The notes beneath the pieces were generated by a model. That model searched no databases, had not been told where the DNA came from, and saw only the letters and a list, made by a program, of their open reading frames with translations. Source: a virus (taxonomy: Duplodnaviria > Caudoviricetes). Taken from it: 55,232 nt of DNA. Below are positions 39,362-47,344 of the stretch, piece after piece. The position numbers were made by a program, and so were the translations under genes. Where the stretch lies: positions 1-55,232 of the IMG/VR virus record IMGVR_UViG_3300011440_000024, one strand, 5' to 3'. Each line of letters begins with the position of its first letter. Within the stretch, counting starts at the first letter, position 1.

Positions 39362-39790
39362 GACTTGTACCTCCTAGTAGATTACAGAATTGTGCCTCCT
39401 AATCCCCTTCGGTTGTAACTCGGCACCCAAGCCTTACCAACGCTAGTGTGATTTGCAACCATCACTAGTGGACTAGGTAATACGATGACCTCTGCAAAAG
39501 TCTCGTACCCTCTGGGGTCATTACGTTGCAGCGCACCCCATATATTGTGGAGTTAACGGAGGGGGGTCATATTGTGGTTATTAACCTATGCGTTGGGAAG
39601 CGCAACAATATGAACGGGGCGTTAACTCCACACTTAAGCTACTACGAATAGTAGCAATCTTTATACCTGCTTAGATTATCAAAGTACGGAAGTGCAGAAT
39701 AATGAGAATGGAGAAGCTACTAAGTTACGGCTTGTGCGGTAACTGTTCACTTCTCCATCTCAGAGTAACTACGTGGGGGTAGCAACTCAT
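39362..39790 (-). ncRNA. Hairpin-chain leader / sRNA cluster with segments antisense to downstream start sites
   Basis: No long ORF; five or more stem-loops; inverted matches of 10-14 nt to downstream translation-start regions; promoter immediately upstream. Confidence 0.65.
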
Positions 39791-39796
39791 TGCTGG

Positions 39797-39825
39797 ACAC
39801 TAGCAGAAAACTACTGTTGTGTCAA
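39797..39825 (-). promoter_or_regulatory. Sigma70-type promoter TTGACA-N17-TAGTGT driving the RNA locus
   Basis: Perfect -35, 17-nt spacer, TG extension. Confidence 0.7.
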
Positions 39826-40038
39826 GCCCCCAACTGCACTATCTGATAGTTCTTCCATACTTAGGAGAATCCCGAAGTTGGCATAAATTAGCCAGATAAA
39901 CATATGGTCAACGAAGTCCTGCTCACTTAGGAAGTAAGCAGTAAATTCAATTGGCATATGATACTTGACATTCCAACTGTTGTATGTATGGAAGTTCTCC
40001 ATACTAAACGTCATCATATTGAAGGGTGTACTTCTCAT
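39811..40038 (-). CDS. Hypothetical protein
   Basis: ORF only; weak RBS. Confidence 0.3.
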   Translation of the reverse strand: MRSTPFNMMTFSMENFHTYNSWNVKYHMPIEFTAYFLSEQDFVDHMFIWLIYANFGILLSMEELSDSAVGGLTQQ

Positions 40039-40049
40039 ATGACGTTTAG

Positions 40050-40092
40050 TATAGAGGGGGCAGCTACGTTACTGGTAACTACCCCACTCCAT
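40050..40092 (-). terminator. GC-rich hairpin after 40105..40446 (terminator or processing stem)
   Basis: GGAGUGGGGUAGUUAC / GUAGCUGCCCCCUCU stem; no clear U tract. Confidence 0.35.
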
Positions 40093-40104
40093 ACAGTTAC
40101 TTAC

Positions 40105-40446
40105 TTAACCTGTAACCGCCTGATTGACGATATACACGTTACCCTTCTTGCTGGACACCTTAAGCTGCTTGAACTCTTCAGGCGCATCGTCAGCCTTACG
40201 AGCATTCTCAAATCCCGTCTTGACTGTAGATGCCTTACGTCCCTCAAAGTGTCCCTTATCCGTAGGAATCCTAGCTGCACGAACTCCGTTATCAACGATC
40301 TGCTGAAGGATAGACTTATACTCACCCTTCGACCTAACGGAACTAAGTGCCTCACCAATCTCTTCATCACTAAGCGGCTCGAACATTAGATCAGTCATAT
40401 TCTCTCCTGTGGTTTGTGTGTTTTGTGTATTACGTGGTCTTGCCAT
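40105..40446 (-). CDS. Hypothetical protein, paralog of 47777..48175; second in-frame start at 40398
   Basis: LMFEP...KGE...F.G pattern shared. Confidence 0.6.
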   Translation of the reverse strand: MARPRNTQNTQTTGENMTDLMFEPLSDEEIGEALSSVRSKGEYKSILQQIVDNGVRAARIPTDKGHFEGRKASTVKTGFENARKADDAPEEFKQLKVSSKKGNVYIVNQAVTG

Positions 40447-40449
40447 AAT

Positions 40450-40917
40450 TTATGTGCTACCCCCTTTCTCCTTCTCTAGTCTTACTAGACGTTCTTCGTG
40501 ATTTACTACAACTGCTTTGATATCTAATCCCTTTAACCTCCCTTCTAGATTAGTAATCCTTTGCTCTAACTCATCGAGAGGAATCGTAGCAGGTTTCGCA
40601 CCACCTGTCAAGGTCTTATCACCTTTGACATAGCGTGCGTCGTATGCGTCCTCAGTGGGAGCACCATGCAGGCGATACCGTGTAGGTCTGCCGCGTGCCC
40701 CTCTGTCGATGAGTTCTATGCAACCAAGTTCCTTAAGAGCATTGAATAATACAGTATAGTGAGCCATAGATATACCAAGTGAATGGAATGTAGTAACTAC
40801 CTTACCTTCGTATGTCGTGGTACTCTTGGCACCTTTCTTCTTGATGACAGTAGACTCTTTCTCCATAGCTTCGTATAGCTGGAGGAGATAGCTAAACTTT
40901 CTAGCTTCAGGTGGCAT
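40450..40917 (-). CDS. Winged-helix DNA-binding protein with C-terminal coiled coil
   Basis: LKELGCIE...GRPTRYRL wing; leucine-zipper end. Confidence 0.55.
   Translation of the reverse strand: MPPEARKFSYLLQLYEAMEKESTVIKKKGAKSTTTYEGKVVTTFHSLGISMAHYTVLFNALKELGCIELIDRGARGRPTRYRLHGAPTEDAYDARYVKGDKTLTGGAKPATIPLDELEQRITNLEGRLKGLDIKAVVVNHEERLVRLEKEKGGST
40583..40611 (-). promoter_or_regulatory. Sigma70-type promoter TTGACA-N17-TACGAT (intragenic)
   Basis: Near-consensus with TG extension. Confidence 0.6.
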
Positions 40918-41296
40918 TAGTAGTTCCCGATGCTACATCAGAAGAAAATGTCAATGGTGGTTGCTCCTTATCTCGACATTCAATGTCTGCTTCAGCTATG
41001 TAGCAATCACGACATACAGTGTATGGATGAATTAGATAAGTCATACGGTTCGGATACTTCTGAGTACGCCAATGCTTTGCATCCTCAGAAGATTCACAAA
41101 CCAACTGTTGTACTTCATCGTGCATTGGAACAGTACAAAAACCCATGACATGAGGAAGTCTGAACCATCCTGTCTGTGTCCTATCTGTATCATCATACTT
41201 GTTCTTCTTACCTCTAGTTGACGGAGCAGCAGTAAGTTCCTTCTTCAACTCATCTTCAGTAATTTCCTCAAAGGCAAAAGGCTCAGTCATGGTCAT
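40907..41296 (-). CDS. Hypothetical protein with FAFEEITEDEL N-terminal motif
   Basis: ORF; Cys/His cluster; start at 41296 or 41290. Confidence 0.55.
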   Translation of the reverse strand: MTMTEPFAFEEITEDELKKELTAAPSTRGKKNKYDDTDRTQTGWFRLPHVMGFCTVPMHDEVQQLVCESSEDAKHWRTQKYPNRMTYLIHPYTVCRDCYIAEADIECRDKEQPPLTFSSDVASGTTNAT

Positions 41297-41495
41297 CAGC
41301 ACAAGGATAGATTGTCACTTCAATTTTTAGAGGACTCCCCAAATCTCTCCATTGTCTGTATGTCATAGGAACAGATGTATCCATTGATGATGGAACATGA
41401 TTAGGTTGTCTAAATACGACTTCATCATCAACAACGTTGAAACTATAGATTGGTAGTTCAAAGATTACCTTACTAATGATATCCGAATCAGCCAT
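41283..41495 (-). CDS. Hypothetical protein
   Basis: Coupled ORF. Confidence 0.5.
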   Translation of the reverse strand: MADSDIISKVIFELPIYSFNVVDDEVVFRQPNHVPSSMDTSVPMTYRQWRDLGSPLKIEVTIYPCADDHD

Positions 41496-42016
41496 TAGTT
41501 GACCACCTTCTCACGGAACCTAGACTCCAAGATTTCACGGTTGATTACTACTGTTTGATCTAGTATCGTTACGCTACCCTCCGGCAAGGATAGTCCTTTC
41601 TCAATCTTATCCTTCAAGTCTTTAGTCGCACGTTCTTTTATTCTCAATTGCTCCAGACGGGCAGCTTCTCTATCACGACGCTCAATCTCTAGCTTCTCCA
41701 TCTGACGGAGTTGCTCACCATACAAGTGCTCGCGCTCCTGTTCATACCGATCCCAAAAGTCAATGACTACATATGCGTCAATCCAAATTTCTTCTGTCTC
41801 AGTTTCATGCGTAACAGTTTTACCATAGCGGTAGTCATAACTTTCAGCAGGTACTTCAACGAGTAGCTGACCTGTCATACTTTTATTCTGCCACCGTTTA
41901 ACTTTACGCTTGTCGAGAACTAATCCTTTCCTTGCGTGCATAGGATAAGGACCGCCCCGACTACGCTGATTGACGAATGCAATCTCTTCGTCAATATCTA
42001 TTGCGTTATAGTTCAC
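41495..42016 (-). CDS. Hypothetical protein with coiled coil
   Basis: GAAGGTG RBS. Confidence 0.55.
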   Translation of the reverse strand: MNYNAIDIDEEIAFVNQRSRGGPYPMHARKGLVLDKRKVKRWQNKSMTGQLLVEVPAESYDYRYGKTVTHETETEEIWIDAYVVIDFWDRYEQEREHLYGEQLRQMEKLEIERRDREAARLEQLRIKERATKDLKDKIEKGLSLPEGSVTILDQTVVINREILESRFREKVVN

Positions 42017-42028
42017 TATATCACCTTC

Positions 42029-42292
42029 TCACAAATGCTTGTCGTGATCGCCTTCAAAGTCGTATTGTTCTAGCTCTTGATAACTAAACCAACCGCAAGG
42101 TGCGAAGTTATCTGTAACTTTAACGAACACCTTACCTTGATCGTCATGGTATCTAAGTCGATACATGCGACCATCAAGTGTTATTGAAACATCTCGCTTT
42201 GCGACGGCTGCTTTTAGTTCTAGAACATTGATAGGACTCAGCCAATCCTTACCATCTAGATTGGTGTAATCAAAATCACTCTGTTGTTTCAT
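42029..42292 (-). CDS. Hypothetical protein
   Basis: ORF; ATG start after AGGTG. Confidence 0.45.
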   Translation of the reverse strand: MKQQSDFDYTNLDGKDWLSPINVLELKAAVAKRDVSITLDGRMYRLRYHDDQGKVFVKVTDNFAPCGWFSYQELEQYDFEGDHDKHL

Positions 42293-42470
42293 ACTATCAC
42301 CTGTTAACAATAATGTTGGCAGCTTTAAACAGCGTCTCGATGTTCTTCAAAGAATCTTCAATGCTATACCCAATACGTTTGGTTGCTTCATCTTCTTTCA
42401 TCTTCTCAACTAACTTAAATCCCTGACGTTGTACTGCTTGATGATTTCGTAGGCCGATATCTTTATACAT

Positions 42471-42734
42471 CTAATAGATACCCAATTGTTGGGCTTGGCG
42501 AGCTAGACGATTAACTAGTTTCTTCTGACGATTCTTCTCTTGCGTTTCAATGTCAACTGTGGCGGTTCTCGGACGCAACTCTGTTACATCATCAAGTGAT
42601 ACCTCTAGTACCTCACGATCTTTACACTTGACCTGTATGAACACAGTGTTCGATTTAGTGCGGTTGAGTACATCAATCCTAGTACCACCGCTGTAACTAC
42701 CAACAGTTCTAGTAAGTACATAGCTACTCTCCAT
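42471..42734 (-). CDS. Hypothetical (SH3-like) protein
   Basis: ORF with RBS. Confidence 0.45.
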   Translation of the reverse strand: MESSYVLTRTVGSYSGGTRIDVLNRTKSNTVFIQVKCKDREVLEVSLDDVTELRPRTATVDIETQEKNRQKKLVNRLARQAQQLGIY

Positions 42735-42873
42735 TATACTTTCTTCACCTCAATCTTTCTAATATGTGGTTGCTTCAGGTTTGTAACTAGGAACTCTAGA
42801 AGCTGATAACCTGGAACTCTTGTTATTTCAGATCGCTTACCATGACGATGAAAGAAAACTCTACAGTCATAAA

Positions 42874-43302
42874 TCATGCAATACAACTCCCATCAGGCCA
42901 AATTATAATGGTATGTTTCTTCTTCCTATCTCTACTGAATCTAACGCACGACCATGTACCCTGTCCTCTTGCGGGTTCAGGTTCAACAAACTCTTTAGGA
43001 GTAGCTATCATAATGTCTACCCCTCTCACAATAACTTCGTTCCTCTTTAATGGAGGCTTACGAGGTAGAGTACGATCCGACTTAAAGTTACCAGTGTACT
43101 CAATCAGGGTAGACGGATGAGCTACAGTAATGTAGTGAATGTTATCCGCTATCTGTGCGGCCTGTTCATCAGCACCTATACAGTTACCATGATGGAATTC
43201 TTCTGCATTATTGTGCGCCCGGTAGTATGAGAGCAAAGATGCAAGAGTACGCTTCTGCTCATAACTCATACCTTCACGAGTTCCGGTAAATCCGATCTTC
43301 AA
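42874..43302 (-). CDS. SLOG/YspA-like nucleotide-binding protein
   Basis: IGFTGTR, HGNCIGAD, RN..IV, GTW motifs. Confidence 0.75.
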   Translation of the reverse strand: MKIGFTGTREGMSYEQKRTLASLLSYYRAHNNAEEFHHGNCIGADEQAAQIADNIHYITVAHPSTLIEYTGNFKSDRTLPRKPPLKRNEVIVRGVDIMIATPKEFVEPEPARGQGTWSCVRFSRDRKKKHTIIIWPDGSCIA

Positions 43303-43349
43303 CGGCTACCCCCTGTAGATACTGAAGTCTTTAGAACAGATTACATTCC

Positions 43350-43378
43350 ATCCTAGCACAAATCGCAGCGTAAGTCAA
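43350..43378 (-). promoter_or_regulatory. Sigma70-type promoter TTGACT-N17-TAGGAT
   Basis: 17-nt spacer, TG extension, intergenic. Confidence 0.7.
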
Positions 43379-43386
43379 GGGTGTAC

Positions 43387-43674
43387 TTAACTTTGTTCGC
43401 TTTCCCATAGTTCAGAGAACGGGTACAAATCTGTATCAGGAGAACATGCATCAAGAAACTTAATTGGATCAAAGCGTTCATTGTCCTTTAGGAAATGCCT
43501 AGCGAATGACATAGCCAGGTCCGTTAGTGTAGCATTGTGTGCTAGTTGTATTACTGCACTCATGTTACCGGGATAATCCCGAGTAGTGTCATACTCTTCG
43601 CGCAATCTCTTAGCTACGAAGTTATAGTGTAGCTTATGGAATTTAGGTGATGGTTTTGATTTATCAATCATCAT
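43387..43674 (-). CDS. Hypothetical protein
   Basis: DNERFDPIKFLDAC motif; ATG start after AGGAG. Confidence 0.5.
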   Translation of the reverse strand: MMIDKSKPSPKFHKLHYNFVAKRLREEYDTTRDYPGNMSAVIQLAHNATLTDLAMSFARHFLKDNERFDPIKFLDACSPDTDLYPFSELWESEQS

Positions 43675-43895
43675 GCACCAACTCCTTGAACATAGTGCCA
43701 CTCACGATCCTTAACGTATGCTGTTACTGAAATACCAGCAGACATAGGATACACGGTGAATTCCATTGGAGATAGCATTGCTCCGAAAGGTAGCTTTGCG
43801 AGCATGGCTGAAGCTACCATTTCAGGACTAGTACCTGTAACTTTTTTCCCTTCAATGATTCCAAAATACAATTCTTGTTTAATCCGCTCCGGCAT
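43671..43895 (-). CDS. Hypothetical protein
   Basis: Coupled ORF. Confidence 0.45.
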   Translation of the reverse strand: MPERIKQELYFGIIEGKKVTGTSPEMVASAMLAKLPFGAMLSPMEFTVYPMSAGISVTAYVKDREWHYVQGVGA

Positions 43896-44032
43896 CTTGT
43901 TCCCTATCGTGAGTTGATTTACGATTTATTGCTTGTGCCCATGTTTTTTGAACCCCGGAAAGACGACCACATATAGAACAGTAAACGCTGTACCCTTGAC
44001 GCAATCCATTGAACTTGATTGTAACCTTATGC

Positions 44033-44437
44033 TTAGGCTGCGTAACCAAAGATGTTCACCCTAACCTCTCTATTCTGTAGGTAGGTTGGTAGATCATGTA
44101 CGTCACGCGGTAGCTGTACTATACGCGGGTTCTTATTGTTCCTAGCATAGTACCACGGTAGACCAAGTGCAATAAAGATTCTATTCATACCTTTCTGATC
44201 TGACTTGGAACCATGACCTATATCAACGTGTTGTACGTTCCGTACTGGAATCGGTAGCCACGGTTGTCTGCTTTTAATTTTGAACTGTAGCATCTGAGTC
44301 CAGTGATGATTTACATTTACTATTAGTTGGTCTTCATCCAACCAGCAGTAACTATTCCAGTTGTGTGCCCGAAGTGTAGATTGTGGTGTCCTGTTATGTA
44401 GTATATCTTCAAGTCTCATCGTATCATGCGTCCTCAT
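44033..44437 (-). CDS. Hypothetical protein
   Basis: ORF in early cluster. Confidence 0.5.
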   Translation of the reverse strand: MRTHDTMRLEDILHNRTPQSTLRAHNWNSYCWLDEDQLIVNVNHHWTQMLQFKIKSRQPWLPIPVRNVQHVDIGHGSKSDQKGMNRIFIALGLPWYYARNNKNPRIVQLPRDVHDLPTYLQNREVRVNIFGYAA

Positions 44438-44720
44438 TTCCGAACATACAATCGTTGTATTTCATTTCACCATCTTCGGTACGCCAATCAATAACGATAT
44501 CCTCACCATCATCTGTAGATATATCTGCCCTCCAATCATAGATGGATTGAAAGTCTCCTGAAATCATACAAACGTGGTTGTCGATAGACTCACGAGTGAT
44601 CTTACCATTACCATCTCTAAGATCATCAGGTCTGACAGTATAATCCATAGCTGCTGTAATAGCAGGCATCCAAATCTTTCCGACAACCTGTATAACAGAC
44701 GCTACTGTTGTATATCTCAT
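44424..44720 (-). CDS. Hypothetical protein
   Basis: AAGGAG RBS. Confidence 0.55.
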   Translation of the reverse strand: MRYTTVASVIQVVGKIWMPAITAAMDYTVRPDDLRDGNGKITRESIDNHVCMISGDFQSIYDWRADISTDDGEDIVIDWRTEDGEMKYNDCMFGNEDA

Positions 44721-44884
44721 TCGTCAAGCTCCTTCACTAGTTCATATGTATCTAGACTGATAAGCCAGAAGGCAAAGGTGAAGAAGCTAATAGCTAGCGC
44801 ACTTATGTAATCACCTCTAGCTACAGCAAACCAGGCAGTTACATTACCTGCTATCCAAATAGCTATTCCAGTATAGATCATTAA

Positions 44885-45121
44885 TCAGTCACCTCTACTA
44901 ATTTCATCGCAGATATAATTGCCTGCCAGTTGGTAAAAGTCACTCTCGGTTAGGGCATCGTAAGTATAGAGTCCATGCTTCAGTGGCACTCTAATTCTAT
45001 GCTGGTTCTTAGGTAGTTTCCAAGTCTTAACTTCACCATTAACCTTCCATCTTTTGCCTCGTACATCAATCAAGATATCACCAGGTTTCAACTGTTTAGC
45101 TTCGTGAAGTGTTAGCATCAT
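44885..45121 (-). CDS. Hypothetical SH3-like protein
   Basis: WKVNGEVKTWK...PLKHGLY. Confidence 0.55.
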   Translation of the reverse strand: MMLTLHEAKQLKPGDILIDVRGKRWKVNGEVKTWKLPKNQHRIRVPLKHGLYTYDALTESDFYQLAGNYICDEISRGD

Positions 45122-45354
45122 TTCTCCTTATCTACTGGTGCAGTTGCTACTCTGTCCCAATGATATGCTCTTGCAATGAACTGATACATTTCATCGTCCT
45201 GATTACTAGTCTCGTCCATTGACTGCGCCAAGTCCTCAGCTAGATGTTCTACTTGAAGAGGAAGATCAGGCTCAAACTCTTGAACGTATCTATATAGTGT
45301 AGTTAGCAAGAGTCTTGAATCTACATCTGTCCATTCACTCTTCGGTGTATCCAT
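45118..45354 (-). CDS. Hypothetical protein
   Basis: Coupled ORF. Confidence 0.5.
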   Translation of the reverse strand: MDTPKSEWTDVDSRLLLTTLYRYVQEFEPDLPLQVEHLAEDLAQSMDETSNQDDEMYQFIARAYHWDRVATAPVDKEK

Positions 45355-45565
45355 CGAACCATCCTTCTTTAGTATCGTGAGTGTCCTCTCTTGAACAGTG
45401 TGCTTGTGCTTCTTCCAATGTCAATCCATCTAGGACAGTATAGCTATCCTTATCTGGGTCACGAAAGAAACGAACAATTTTATACAGCTTACCTGGGTCT
45501 TCATCAACCCAATCGGGTTCAGCACCCAATTCACCTACGCTATAGGTATCATCAGTCATTAGCAT
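45335..45565 (-). CDS. Hypothetical protein (YKIVRFF...GLTLEEAQAHC...WFDGY)
   Basis: Coupled ORF; start uncertain. Confidence 0.55.
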   Translation of the reverse strand: MLMTDDTYSVGELGAEPDWVDEDPGKLYKIVRFFRDPDKDSYTVLDGLTLEEAQAHCSREDTHDTKEGWFDGYTEE

Positions 45566-45734
45566 TCCATCTTTCAATGTGTGCTTTCAACTCAGCATTC
45601 TTTTCATGCGACATATATCCAGTGATCTCGAAGTACCACATACTATCCATGTTCCAAAGCATTTGGTATTGGTAACCTCTACGTTCACAGAAGTTCATAG
45701 CTTCGTGTATCTCTAGCCTACGTCTGATGTTCAT
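45552..45734 (-). CDS. Hypothetical protein
   Basis: Coupled ORF. Confidence 0.45.
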   Translation of the reverse strand: MNIRRRLEIHEAMNFCERRGYQYQMLWNMDSMWYFEITGYMSHEKNAELKAHIERWNAND

Positions 45735-45964
45735 GTACTTATCCGTCCATCAGGTGCAATTCCACCATAGACTGATTGCCCAGAAGGTACGTGTTCACTA
45801 CGAAATGCAAGGTACCCTTCAGGAAGATCAAACGGATTTGCTAGCGTAACATGAATCTTATGCTTGTTACAGACTAGACCCTTAATTGCAGATAGCTGTT
45901 CAGTTGACATCTCCTTTAGAGCAGCATCGTTAATACGAAGTTCACTAACTCCATCAGTCTCCAT
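45731..45964 (-). CDS. Hypothetical protein
   Basis: GGAGG RBS, coupled. Confidence 0.5.
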   Translation of the reverse strand: METDGVSELRINDAALKEMSTEQLSAIKGLVCNKHKIHVTLANPFDLPEGYLAFRSEHVPSGQSVYGGIAPDGRIST

Positions 45965-46233
45965 TAACTACTTACCTCCTCTCTTTCATAGACATCAATT
46001 CGATCACCGGAATAACCTAGGATTGATCGCCAAGTATAGTTAGGTCTATCATCTGATGTACTTACGATTTCAAATTGGACTACCCATCTACGCCGGCGTG
46101 TCATAAATCCAGGTTCAGTTTCATTAGCATCACCTGTTGCTCTAGCTCTGATGATTTGTGTAGGATAACGAGTACCATCCCTCAACTGAAACTCTTCACC
46201 CTTCTTGAGATTGCGTATCAATTTGCTTTTCAT
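45964..46233 (-). CDS. Hypothetical protein
   Basis: TAATG coupling. Confidence 0.5.
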   Translation of the reverse strand: MKSKLIRNLKKGEEFQLRDGTRYPTQIIRARATGDANETEPGFMTRRRRWVVQFEIVSTSDDRPNYTWRSILGYSGDRIDVYEREEVSS

Positions 46234-46466
46234 TACTTGTACCAGGGTGAATTCTTAGCGGCGGTGATACCTTCTTCAAAGGCCACCACAGCTAGTCTTT
46301 GTTCAGGATCGCTCAACCAACTAAGACCGGCGCAATCTTTGATAATCTCATACAGTTGCTCATGCTCATAATCAGAAGGGTTTAGACCTCCACCAACTGC
46401 ATAATCAAGTCTGATTTGATTTGCAACTGTGATGATATCGTAGAGAGTACGTCTTCTAGCTCTCAT
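46233..46466 (-). CDS. Hypothetical protein
   Basis: GGGAGG RBS, coupling. Confidence 0.5.
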   Translation of the reverse strand: MRARRRTLYDIITVANQIRLDYAVGGGLNPSDYEHEQLYEIIKDCAGLSWLSDPEQRLAVVAFEEGITAAKNSPWYK

Positions 46467-46623
46467 CTACTTCATCCTCCCATTCATCATCGTAATGCGG
46501 GTCATAATCATCATCGAATCTATCTGGATCGTACTCAGGTTCCGTATCTTGATGCTTACCTTCTTCCTGCCACCAAATCATTGCTGCTTCTTCATTGTGG
46601 TGTGAGTAGTCTGCAAGTGCCAT
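46456..46623 (-). CDS. Very acidic small protein (55 aa, not in ORF track)
   Basis: MALADYSHHNEEAAMIWWQEEG...DDEWEDEVDES; TAATG coupling. Confidence 0.55.
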   Translation of the reverse strand: MALADYSHHNEEAAMIWWQEEGKHQDTEPEYDPDRFDDDYDPHYDDEWEDEVDES

Positions 46624-46817
46624 TATGCCTGCTTAACTGTGGTATGCAAGGTGATACCACTACCACGATGATTCATGTTCCAATACTTATCTCGCATTTC
46701 CTGTTCTAGATTGACGATTACATCGGCAGAAGGATGCGTGTCCGCACAACTGAATGATTCTGTGTAGCTATGACTCTTATCATCATAGCCAATCTTAATC
46801 GTAACTACGCTAGCCAT
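46623..46817 (-). CDS. Hypothetical protein
   Basis: AGGAGG RBS, coupling. Confidence 0.5.
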   Translation of the reverse strand: MASVVTIKIGYDDKSHSYTESFSCADTHPSADVIVNLEQEMRDKYWNMNHRGSGITLHTTVKQA

Positions 46818-47335
46818 TATCTATCCCTACCTCCTTTGCACAGTAGATGATTTGTGTTACGTTCGGCGGCTATCTTGTTAGCCTCAATCTCCATGAGATT
46901 ACCTTCGTAAGTGCGACCCCATTCACCATCCGTTTTCTTGTATTCATACTCATGGAACAGATTGATTGACTGTCCAGTTTTCTCAGCAAATCTCTCTGCT
47001 TGCATACAGTGGACTAACTCATGCCATAGAGTTTCACTGGCACTAGACGCTTTCTTATAACGCTGGTTTATCGTTACCCTGTGCCAAGTCTGTCTACTGT
47101 AATGAGTACCTCCAGACCAATTCTTCTTTACTTTCTCACCCTCATCATTGCACTTGTACGCATAGCTAGACATAAACCTGATTCGTACAGGTAGCTTGAT
47201 GCCGAGATAATCTATAGCTGCAAGGATTGCTTCCTCATCTAAACTCCATCCCGCTGCTGCGTCAGTAGGTGGTAGTTGTAGTCTTAAGTGGTCAGCTAAT
47301 TCCTTATCATCTAATGGTTCAAAGTATGACTCCAT
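46817..47335 (-). CDS. Zincin-like metallopeptidase (HExxH)
   Basis: TLWHELVHCMQ ... MEIEA. Confidence 0.7.
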   Translation of the reverse strand: MESYFEPLDDKELADHLRLQLPPTDAAAGWSLDEEAILAAIDYLGIKLPVRIRFMSSYAYKCNDEGEKVKKNWSGGTHYSRQTWHRVTINQRYKKASSASETLWHELVHCMQAERFAEKTGQSINLFHEYEYKKTDGEWGRTYEGNLMEIEANKIAAERNTNHLLCKGGRDR

Positions 47336-47344
47336 CTTACTTAC

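Noticed and set aside
39362-39540. c-di-AMP (ydaO) riboswitch ahead of a muralytic gene
   Set aside because: Context fits, but the conserved GCUGAAU, GGAAC and CAGCUAAC elements are not visible.
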